From positions 1 through 41,154 of the forward strand of contig JALXBF010000156.1 of the NCBI GenBank assembly GCA_026991575.1: 41,154 bases of DNA, in the 5' to 3' direction. This DNA comes from Planctomycetota bacterium (GTDB lineage: Bacteria; Planctomycetota; Planctomycetia; JALXBF01). The notes below the pieces were generated by a model, which ran no database searches, had not been told where the DNA came from, and saw only the letters and a list, made by a program, of their open reading frames with translations. How positions within the stretch are numbered: position 1 is the stretch's first letter; every line of letters starts with the position of its first letter. Below, piece after piece: positions 17,249-25,042 of this stretch. Both the position numbers and the translations under genes were made by a program.

Positions 17249-17699
17249 CCAGGGCGGGAGCCGGATGGTTGATGTGAGCGGCAAGCCGGTGACGGTCCGC
17301 ACGGCCCGTGCGCGCGGCACCGTGCGGCTGAAGCCCGAAACGGTCCGATTGATCCGCGACCGGCAGATTACCAAGGGGGATGTCCTCGAGGTTGCCCGAC
17401 TGGCCGGGATCATGGCGGCTAAGCGGACAGGCGAACTGATCCCGCTGTGCCATCCCCTGAGCCTCGACAGCGTCCAGCTGGCACTCGGCTTTGCCGACGA
17501 TCGCACCGTTTTGATCGAGGCGTGTGTGAAGACGTCGGCCCGAACGGGGGTGGAGATGGAAGCCCTGACGGCAGTAGCCATAGCCGGGCTGACTGTCTAC
17601 GACATGTGCAAGGCAGTGGACCGCACGATCGAAATCGGCCCGATTTACCTGGTGGAGAAGACCGGTGGCACGCGAGGCGACTTCCGACGTGACCGTTAG
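17205..17699 (+). CDS. moaC: Cyclic pyranopterin monophosphate synthase
   Basis: [59 protein letters not shown]. Confidence 0.96.
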   Translation: MSQEQPEQRLTHFDDQGGSRMVDVSGKPVTVRTARARGTVRLKPETVRLIRDRQITKGDVLEVARLAGIMAAKRTGELIPLCHPLSLDSVQLALGFADDRTVLIEACVKTSARTGVEMEALTAVAIAGLTVYDMCKAVDRTIEIGPIYLVEKTGGTRGDFRRDR

Positions 17700-17983
17700 C
17701 GGCGTGCGCCAGCCCGTCTGAGCATCTCTTGCATGACCTGTTCGAGTTGTTGGAGCCGCTCGCGAGCGTACTTCTCCGAGTCGTACACGCGGCGGATGCT
17801 GTTGGCCACCGTAACGTCAGCTACGTCAATCTCGCCGCCTGCGCGTGGCGTCAACAGCCGCTGCAGCTCGCGTAATCGCGGCACATAGTCGGTCCGGTAA
17901 TGCTCGCCCAGCTCCCTGCAGATCCGCTCACAGTGAGTGAGCAGCTGCCAGAGGGTCATGCGTTGGAGGGCTGGCTCCGGCAC
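17696..17983 (-). CDS. Small alpha-helical hypothetical protein (95 aa)
   Basis: Natural amphipathic composition (L/E/R/Q-rich). GGGGGA SD-like sequence before GTG 17983 and its own promoter upstream. ATG 17959 is an alternative start. Confidence 0.7.
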   Translation of the reverse strand: MPEPALQRMTLWQLLTHCERICRELGEHYRTDYVPRLRELQRLLTPRAGGEIDVADVTVANSIRRVYDSEKYARERLQQLEQVMQEMLRRAGARR

Positions 17984-18034
17984 GTGGCGTTCCCCCGCAA
18001 GTAAGTCGTCCGCGCCGGCTCGGTACTCATTTGT

Positions 18035-18063
18035 ATTCTCAACGACCTTTCTCCGCCTGTCAA
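18035..18063 (-). promoter_or_regulatory. Near-consensus sigma70 promoter
   Basis: Minus strand TTGACA (18063-18058), 17 bp spacer, GAGAAT (18040-18035), pointing at the 95-aa ORF. Confidence 0.65.
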
Positions 18064-18410
18064 TGAGGACTCCCGGACAGCCGAGCCGCCAGGCAGGCCG
18101 CTAGTTCCGCTTGCCTTCGGATGTACCACATCGGCCTGCCATCCACGAGCACGCGCCCCGCGCGCGTGGTCGTTTCGATCGCGTGAATCCACGGTCAGCC
18201 TTCCGCAGGTGCTGGCCAATTGGCACGACGGAGGATAGCCTGTGCCGATGAGCTTCGAACTGGACTCCGCCGGGTTGCGGCGTGGGCTGGCCTTCATGCT
18301 CGATAGGCCACACGGCAAGTTCTCCTCACGTCCCCCAGGTGCCGAGAGCCGGCTCACATTCACCCGACGGGACACGTCCGCCGGCAGTTGTCCCCGTTCG
18401 AGGCTCACGG

Positions 18411-20381
18411 TCACCTGCCCGCGTCGCGCCAGAGCGGCTCCTCGGAACTGACGTGTGGCACGAACTGGATGCGAACCACGGAGCTCGTTTCATACGCCCA
18501 GTTCAGCGCCTCTGAGACTGTCTCCGGCGCCCACGCTCCAGGCCTGGGCAGCGGCACAAGGAGCGTCCCCCCCTTGGCTCTACGGTGCACCTGACCAGTC
18601 CTATAGATCTGCTCGCGCAGCCCCCGACCGATCCCCCAGGACGTCACCCCCGCCAGGCACTCTTCAAGCCGTTCGCCCGTAGCCACCGCGGTCGGCCGAG
18701 CGCGATCAATGCGTACAGGCACCGCGTAGGCGTTGCCCAGTCGCTCCGCCAGTCGACGCAGCGCGTCGACGTAGGCCACGGCAGCAGCCATGCCGGTGGG
18801 GTGGTCCGCAATCCCGTAGCCAGTCAGGCGACGCACCGCGGCGTCTAACCCCACCGGGCACAGCAGCAGAGCAGCTTGCTGGAGCCGCCGCCCGGCGGCC
18901 AGTTCTAGGGGAAGCTGCTCACGGAGCTGCTCACGACGGCGGACCGCGGCCCGGAGCGTCAACTCGCACATCGGTTCGAACCGACCGCGGAGCAATTCCC
19001 CCGGATCACCTTCGGAATCCAGGAGCAGCCGGCACATGTCGAGGTGAACGACCAGCAGGCTCGTGCCGGCGATGCCCGACAGCAGCCCGTCACCGGCCGT
19101 GGACACGTACCGGTCCAGCACGAAGCGCAACCGACCGCCGGTCAGCGCGATGGCCAGAGCCGCGTGAGCGGGACGGTCCAGCCGATCGGGCACCTCCGGA
19201 ACCCAGTGAAAGTCGAACGTTAACCGCGGCAGGTTATGGCACTCGTCCCGGAAGCGGTCCAGGAGGACGGTCGCTGCCGAGCGGACACGCCGCAGGAGCT
19301 GCTGATCGGGCGCGGCGCGGAACAGCGGCCCCGGCGCAACGTGGGGGTGCGCCCGTGGCGGAACGCGCGCGTAGAGGTTGACGATGAGGTCAACGGGTGA
19401 GTGCACCGCCAGCGTCTGCAGCTCGGCCCAAACGGCCTCGGCCAACTCATAGGCCTCGTCCTCCGACGACGTGCACAGCCCGATGGCCACGTCGACCAGG
19501 TCCATGGCGAGCAGCCGGCCGGCGTATGGCCGCAACTCTGCGAGCGCGCGGCCAAGTGCCGGCAGGAATTCTGCCGGCGACGCAGCCTGACGCGTTAGAG
19601 CCGCTGCATCGAACGTCACACCAGCTAACTGGCCAGGCACCCATGGCCCCTCGAGCTGCACGGTGGCTTGTTGGTGGAGCGCGATGACATCTGCCGGAAG
19701 CTCGTGGGCAAGCGATTGCTCGCGCCAGAACGTCTCCGCCACCGCCCACGCCGCCGCCTCTGGCCCACCGCGCTGGCTTCGGTCTCGCGGGGCAACCTTC
19801 AGGTATACCGTGCCAGGTGGTGTGATTCGCGCCGAGAAGTCAAGCCGCCGAAGTTCAACATTGGCAAGTGCACAGATAAGCTCGTCGCTGACCTCGGTCG
19901 CTTCCATTCGCACCAGGGCACGTTCTACCCGGCGGGCCACCAGCGCACAGTCCTCTGCGGACAGCGTCGTCCGCTCCTCCAACAGCCGCCGCAGCCAGCC
20001 TTTGTCCCAGCCTTCGGCCGGCACGTCCGCCGGCTCACCATCCCGATGCCAGCGCACCCGTGCTCGGAACGCGGCACGCCGCCGGGCGAAATCGTCGTAG
20101 GCCTCCGCCAGTTCGTGCTGGCCGGTGTTCTCCAGGGACTTGACCACCCAGTCGGCCAGCTCTTCGGAGTCGACCGTGCCACCGTCGCTGGCCTTGGCTG
20201 CCATGAACAGCACCAGGCTGGTCAGCTCCTCGGCTTCCTCGATCGCCAGTGGCCGGCCTGCATCTTCGGACGCAGCCAGAATGGCGTCGCGGAGGCGGTT
20301 GCGATCACAGGGAGCGAGCGTCTGGTCGCGTTTGCGTACCCAGCGGATCGTTTCGCTGTCGTGCATCGGTTCTGACGTCAT
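18411..20381 (-). CDS. Double ATP-cone protein with a degenerate class III ribonucleotide reductase (NrdD)-like core; lacks the glycyl-radical domain
   Basis: ATP-cone 1 (WVRKRD...D..RL..AI..A...EELADWV.KSL..TG....A.AY); second cone-like segment (WDK..L...L...T.L......VA..VE); NrdD-like blocks VVHLDMCRL, PVGL..AV..LTG and L.EQI...G..H....GG. Confidence 0.78.
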   Translation of the reverse strand: MTSEPMHDSETIRWVRKRDQTLAPCDRNRLRDAILAASEDAGRPLAIEEAEELTSLVLFMAAKASDGGTVDSEELADWVVKSLENTGQHELAEAYDDFARRRAAFRARVRWHRDGEPADVPAEGWDKGWLRRLLEERTTLSAEDCALVARRVERALVRMEATEVSDELICALANVELRRLDFSARITPPGTVYLKVAPRDRSQRGGPEAAAWAVAETFWREQSLAHELPADVIALHQQATVQLEGPWVPGQLAGVTFDAAALTRQAASPAEFLPALGRALAELRPYAGRLLAMDLVDVAIGLCTSSEDEAYELAEAVWAELQTLAVHSPVDLIVNLYARVPPRAHPHVAPGPLFRAAPDQQLLRRVRSAATVLLDRFRDECHNLPRLTFDFHWVPEVPDRLDRPAHAALAIALTGGRLRFVLDRYVSTAGDGLLSGIAGTSLLVVHLDMCRLLLDSEGDPGELLRGRFEPMCELTLRAAVRRREQLREQLPLELAAGRRLQQAALLLCPVGLDAAVRRLTGYGIADHPTGMAAAVAYVDALRRLAERLGNAYAVPVRIDRARPTAVATGERLEECLAGVTSWGIGRGLREQIYRTGQVHRRAKGGTLLVPLPRPGAWAPETVSEALNWAYETSSVVRIQFVPHVSSEEPLWRDAGR

Positions 20382-20395
20382 CGGGCACCTGGGCC

Positions 20396-20887
20396 TCAGC
20401 TCCCCCGTTTGCCCCCAGCGGAACGGCGACGCGAGCGACGGTCCAGGAACGGTTTCAGCTCATCCACGAAGTCGGTCACGTCTTGGAACTCACGGTACAC
20501 CGATGCAAACCGCACGTAAGCGACACTGTCCAGCGCACGCAGACGGTCAATCACCAGCTCACCGATGACCTGCGACGGCACTTCGCGATCAAAACGGCGG
20601 TACACCTCCTGCTCCACCTCGGCCACCAACTGTTCGATCTGCTCGGCACTCACCGGCCGTTTCTCACACGCCTTTTCCAACCCGATTCGGATCTTCTCGC
20701 GATCGAACGCCACGCGGCGGCCGTCCTTCTTGATTACCTTCAACGGCCGACGCTCGATCCGCTCGTAGGTCGTATAGCGCGCGCCGCAGGCAAGGCACTC
20801 GCGGCGCCGCCGGATTGCCGTGCCGTCGTCGGTTGTCTGAGTATCGATCACCCGGTCACGGTTTTCGTGGCAACTGGGGCACTTCAC
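20396..20887 (-). CDS. nrdR: Transcriptional repressor NrdR
   Basis: GTG start; KCPSC....DRVIDT, IRRRRECLACGARYTTYER, VIKKDGRRVAFDREK, LDSVAYVRFASVYREF. Confidence 0.97.
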   Translation of the reverse strand: MKCPSCHENRDRVIDTQTTDDGTAIRRRRECLACGARYTTYERIERRPLKVIKKDGRRVAFDREKIRIGLEKACEKRPVSAEQIEQLVAEVEQEVYRRFDREVPSQVIGELVIDRLRALDSVAYVRFASVYREFQDVTDFVDELKPFLDRRSRRRSAGGKRGS

Positions 20888-20916
20888 TGCCGCTCGGGTT
20901 TCCTCGGCAAGGGCTC

Positions 20917-21576
20917 CTAGACCAGGACCACCTCCTCGGCACAGACCAGCTCGATGCCGGCGTCGCGATAGCGCCGGCAACACGCGTCGAATTGACCAGG
21001 GTCCACCGCTCGGGTCAAATCGGCGACGATGCACACACGAAAGCCTTCGGCGCGCGCATCCAGGGCTGACCAGCCCACACAGTAATCGAACGCCAACCCC
21101 CAGACTACAACGCGCTCAACGCCCTTCTCCCGCAGGTAACCCGCAAGGCCTGTAGCGATGCGTTTGCCATCCGGTCCGTAATTCTCGCGGAAAGCGCTGT
21201 AGCTGTCCCGGTCCCGGTGGAATCCTTTCCGCAAGATGAGCACGAAGCGGTCCAGAGGCAACCCGGGATGGATGCGCGCCGTCTCGCTGCCCTGCACCGC
21301 ATGGTCAGGCCAGAGCGTTTGCGGATGACCGTACAGGTCGATCGTCTCGAAGGGTCGCTTGCCCGGATGGCTGCTGGCGAACGAGACGTGGCCCGGCGGA
21401 TGCCAGTCCTGCGTAACCACGGCCTGAACCGGCTCGAGCCGTTCCAGGAACCGCCGGCCCGGTTCGACGATCCTGTCCCCCTCGGGCACCGCAAGCTCCC
21501 CTCCTGGCATGAACGTCAGCTGCGGATCCACCACGAGGATGACCGTATCGTCCGGGTTGACCTCAAACCGTGCCAC
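20917..21576 (-). CDS. pncA: Nicotinamidase/pyrazinamidase
   Basis: VVDPQ.TFMPGG.LAVP.GD, TQDWHP.GH.SFAS, LWPDH.VQG, RKG....DSYSAF and GLAFDYCV (D-K-C triad). Confidence 0.93.
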   Translation of the reverse strand: MARFEVNPDDTVILVVDPQLTFMPGGELAVPEGDRIVEPGRRFLERLEPVQAVVTQDWHPPGHVSFASSHPGKRPFETIDLYGHPQTLWPDHAVQGSETARIHPGLPLDRFVLILRKGFHRDRDSYSAFRENYGPDGKRIATGLAGYLREKGVERVVVWGLAFDYCVGWSALDARAEGFRVCIVADLTRAVDPGQFDACCRRYRDAGIELVCAEEVVLV

Positions 21577-21735
21577 GACCGCCCTCCGTTGTCGTCACTC
21601 CGGTACCATATTGTTTCGGCGTGCATGCTTAGCGGCAACGAGACGAGCCCGTTCGCGCAGCCTGCCCTCGGTTGCCACTCGCAAACCGTAACCGGTCTGC
21701 AACACCAAACGACCGCACCAGCCGGAGACGCATCC

Positions 21736-22725
21736 ATGAACCGAGACTGGTCACGCAGGGACTTCTTGCGGGGGGCCGTGGCAGCAACGGCGGCCATGGC
21801 CGCGAGCCGCACTGTTGCTGACGCGGCTGCGCAGGAAACTGGCGCCGCCGACCTGCGGCGCAAGTATCGCATCATCGATGTCCACTGCCACCCGCGGTGG
21901 CTCGGGCACAATGGGCGCAAGATGGTCGAAAACATGGACGCTCTTGGCATCGAGAAGGCCTGGTTGCTCAGCTGGGAAGCGCCGGCACGCGAGATATCAC
22001 CCGGCTACCACGATCGACTCAACCCACTGGCACTCAGGATCCGCTTTGAGGATGTGATCGCGGTTTCTGAGGCCTATCCGGACCGGTTCATCCCGGGCAC
22101 GACCATGGATCCCCAGGAGCCTTACGCGCCCCAGAAGTTGAAGTCGGCAGTTGACATCTTCGGCGTGCGTGTTTTCGGCGAATTCAAACGGCGACTCCGA
22201 TACGACAACCCGGACTGCCTACGCCTGTTCCACTACTGCGGCGAACTCGGGCTGCCGGTCCTGTTCCACCTGGACATCGTGCTGCCACCCGGCACTCTTC
22301 AACAGCGCTGGCAGTGGTGGTATGGCGGCGACATCACGGCAGTGGAAACGGCGTTGAGGATGTGTCCCAACACGGTTTTCATCGGCCATGCCCCCGGCTT
22401 CTGGCGCGAGATCTCTGGCGATGCCGACCAGGAACGGAGCTCGTACCCGGCTGGCAAGCCGATCCAGCCGGGCGGCCGGCTCATCCGGCTGCTGGAGCAG
22501 TACGACAATCTCTACTGCGATATCTCCGCCGGATCGGGCTACACGGCGTTGACACGCGACCTGGAGTTCACCAAGAAGTTCCTGATCGACTTCCAGGACC
22601 GGATTCTCTTCGGTCGCGACGAGTTTTCCAGCCGTCACCTCGACCTGCTGTTTTCGCTCGAGTTGCCTGAGGCCGTGCTCCGGAAGATCCTCGGCGACAA
22701 CGCACGCAAGCTCGTGCCCGCTTAG
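21736..22725 (+). CDS. Tat-exported amidohydrolase family protein (Amidohydro_2-like)
   Basis: GGAG SD before ATG 21736; Tat motif SRRDFLRG; IIDVHCH; GEFK; LPVLFH; FIGH; LYCDISA; RILFGRD. Confidence 0.88.
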   Translation: MNRDWSRRDFLRGAVAATAAMAASRTVADAAAQETGAADLRRKYRIIDVHCHPRWLGHNGRKMVENMDALGIEKAWLLSWEAPAREISPGYHDRLNPLALRIRFEDVIAVSEAYPDRFIPGTTMDPQEPYAPQKLKSAVDIFGVRVFGEFKRRLRYDNPDCLRLFHYCGELGLPVLFHLDIVLPPGTLQQRWQWWYGGDITAVETALRMCPNTVFIGHAPGFWREISGDADQERSSYPAGKPIQPGGRLIRLLEQYDNLYCDISAGSGYTALTRDLEFTKKFLIDFQDRILFGRDEFSSRHLDLLFSLELPEAVLRKILGDNARKLVPA

Positions 22726-23468
22726 GCGGTGACGGCGAGCGAGCTAAGGCGGCTATCCCGCGCCGCAGCCACGCCCACGGCCAATCGTTCGGAGGGTCGG
22801 TGAAGACGGACTAGCGCGGAGGCTTGAGCAGCTCGAAGCCCGCTAGCGGAACAACCGTGGCGTCGGTTCGGCCGTGCTGGGCCCGCGCAGACCGGCATCG
22901 CTGGCCATAATGCTGGCCCGAGCACGACAGCGAACAACCGAGCAGTGTGGCCATCGTCCGTCTGGTTGGTCGGGAAGATTCCGAACTGCCTGGCAGCGGC
23001 GCCATCTCGCGGCCAATTCGTTCCTCGAAACAGCTTCCCTACCTGGATTCGCGGGACGACCTGCCGATGCCGCTGCCAGACTGCATCGTCCGATCGGCCA
23101 TCCGCTTCTAGGCCGCTCAGGCGTATACGCAGTTTCCGGTGCCGGGCGATCTAGGCCGATCGACGTCGGTCCTGCCACCTGGCCAGACGGAAGCCGGTCG
23201 ATTTGCACCTTCGCCGTACGGCCTGTGGCACGCGGGCCGGCTGCATCCGGCGTCGCTGTCGCACGCGGCCGTTGAGCAGCTGGTGCTGACGCGCGCGAGA
23301 CGACCGCTGCCTAGCGGAATCGGCCGTGCCCTGCGTGGCTGCAACGCCATGCTCCCTGCGACAGGGCAAGCGACCCCGGGTCGTAGCAAGCCGTTCCGCG
23401 TTGTCGCAGTGGCCGGCAGCAAGCTGCCCTCGCACACGTCTGTGCGGCTCTCCAGGACGGTCCCGGTG

Positions 23469-24848
23469 TCAGACACCGAGACGGCTGCTCCAGCGCTTCA
23501 GTTGTTCGCGTACGAGCTCAGGATTGGTTGAGCCTACGCTGCGGAACGCTTGGACGGCTTTCTCCGGGCCGAGAATCCCGAGCACGTCCTCGTCGAACGC
23601 CGGGCAGATGCTGCGCAACTCGGTCAGCGTCAATTCCGGAAGTCGCTTGTTGTGGTCCTCGCAGTACCGCACCAACCGCCCCACGAGTTCGTGAGCTGTT
23701 CTCATCGGCACCCCCTTACCGATAAGGTACTCCATCAAGGTCGTCGCCTCGAGGAACCCCTCCTGGACGGCCTGACGGATGCGAGCTTCGTCGAGTTCGG
23801 CGGCAGCGACAATCGGCGCGGCCAACTGGAGCGTGTCCATCACCGTCCGGGTCGCCTCAAACACGGGCGGTTTGTCCTCCTGTAGGTCTCGGTTGTACGT
23901 CAGTGGCAGCCCTTTGAGCACGGTAGCAACGGTGACCAGTGCGCCGAGCACCTTGCCTGTCCGCCCGCGGGTCAGTTCGAGGACGTCGGGGTTTTTTTTC
24001 TGGGGCATAATCGACGAACCGGTGCAGAACCGGTCAGGTAGTGTCAGGAACCCCCATGTCGCTGAGTTCCAGATCACCCATTCCTCGGCCCATCCGCTCA
24101 AGTGCAGCGCGACGGTCGTCAGACAGGCCAGGTACTCGATGCAGAAGTCTCTGGCGCTGACCGCATCGAGCGAATTTGCCATAAGTGTGTCGAAGCCCAG
24201 CTTCTGGCGGACGAGCTCACGGTCGATCGGCAGAGAGGTGCCCGCCATGGCAGCTGCTCCCAGGGGCAGCTCGTTCACCCGGCGTCTGCAGTCGCGCAGC
24301 CGATCGCGGTCGCGTTGGAACTTCTCCACGTAAGCCAGGCAGTAGTGCGGGAACAGCACCGGCTGTGCTGGCTGCAGATGGGTATAGCCAGGGATCACCA
24401 CCTGCTGGTAGCGGCGGGCCAGCTGCAGCCACGCGCGCTGCAGTTCGGCGAGCAGGGAGTCCAGTCGGTCGATCGCCTCGCGGATCCAGAGCCGAAAGTC
24501 GGTTACCACCTGATCGTTGCGGCTTCGTGCGGTATGGAGCTTTCGGCCCACGTCGCCGAGCCGCTCGATCAAGGCGGCCTCGATGTTCATGTGAATGTCC
24601 TCACGGGCTGGGTCGAGTGGGAATGTGCCCTGGCGCAGCTCGTCGCGTATCCGTTCCAGTTCGGTCACGAGCAGGGTAGCTTCCTCGCCGCTGATCAGGC
24701 CGACCGCTGCCAGCATCTCGGCGTGCGCGATCGACGCGGTGATGTCCTGCTCGAACATCGCCACGTCCACGTCGAGCGAGCAGCCGAAGGCTTCCACCCG
24801 CCGGTCCAGATCCTCACGGAAGCGGCCGCTCCACGCTTTCTTGCTCAT
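23469..24848 (-). CDS. argH: Argininosuccinate lyase
   Basis: WSGRF, EDIHMNIE, KLHTARSRNDQV.TD, PGYTHLQ.AQP, TGSSIMPQKKNPD, YNRDLQEDK. GAGGA SD before ATG 24848. Confidence 0.97.
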   Translation of the reverse strand: MSKKAWSGRFREDLDRRVEAFGCSLDVDVAMFEQDITASIAHAEMLAAVGLISGEEATLLVTELERIRDELRQGTFPLDPAREDIHMNIEAALIERLGDVGRKLHTARSRNDQVVTDFRLWIREAIDRLDSLLAELQRAWLQLARRYQQVVIPGYTHLQPAQPVLFPHYCLAYVEKFQRDRDRLRDCRRRVNELPLGAAAMAGTSLPIDRELVRQKLGFDTLMANSLDAVSARDFCIEYLACLTTVALHLSGWAEEWVIWNSATWGFLTLPDRFCTGSSIMPQKKNPDVLELTRGRTGKVLGALVTVATVLKGLPLTYNRDLQEDKPPVFEATRTVMDTLQLAAPIVAAAELDEARIRQAVQEGFLEATTLMEYLIGKGVPMRTAHELVGRLVRYCEDHNKRLPELTLTELRSICPAFDEDVLGILGPEKAVQAFRSVGSTNPELVREQLKRWSSRLGV

Positions 24849-24911
24849 GATCCGGTCCTCGTCGTCTCGGACGCCCGCACGAATCGCCGCCGCTGTCGTC
24901 ACAACCGGCTA

Positions 24912-24987
24912 ATTATCGGCGCAAGCGACGAGAGAGCGCCGGAACGGATACGCGGAAGCCGTCCGCTGGGAGGGCCGGTCGTAGAAT
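24912..24987. promoter_or_regulatory. Divergent -10-like hexamers for argH (GATAAT, minus strand, 24912-24917) and carB (TAGAAT, plus strand, 24982-24987)
   Basis: The only AT-rich hexamers in the GC-rich divergent spacer, each oriented toward a gene. Confidence 0.3.
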
Positions 24988-25042
24988 AGGACCGAAGGTT
25001 TCGGCCGCACGCAGGGGCCGTGTGAGGTCAGCTGGAGGAACA

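Noticed and set aside
18193..18217. Hairpin containing CGGAAGG on the minus strand, reminiscent of SRP RNA domain IV
   Set aside because: It lacks the flanking CAGG and AGCA internal-loop motifs. No RNase P, tmRNA or cobalamin-riboswitch signatures were found in this gap either.
17956..18414. 152-aa ORF overlapping the pseudo-NrdD stop (GTGA) and containing 'KLIGTGY', considered as a split-off glycyl-radical domain
   Set aside because: It has no CxxC..CxxC ribbon and no R(I/V)xGY. The composition is S/R/G/P-rich like non-coding GC-rich DNA, and it runs across a clear promoter.
21600..21618. GGTACCATATTGTT upstream of pncA as a possible NrdR box
   Set aside because: Only a partial match to the palindromic NrdR-box consensus, and there is no tandem second copy. 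It is more simply a -10-like element.
21217..21735. N-terminal extension of the amidohydrolase ORF, and similar extensions of nrdR, the GT-C gene and the 3936-5771 ORF
   Set aside because: They overlap neighbouring genes or promoters. The real starts are marked by SD sequences, signal peptides or family N-termini further downstream.
23988..23999. A8/C4 homopolymer in argH as a phase-variation or frameshift site
   Set aside because: It encodes the invariant QKKNP signature and the reading frame is intact.
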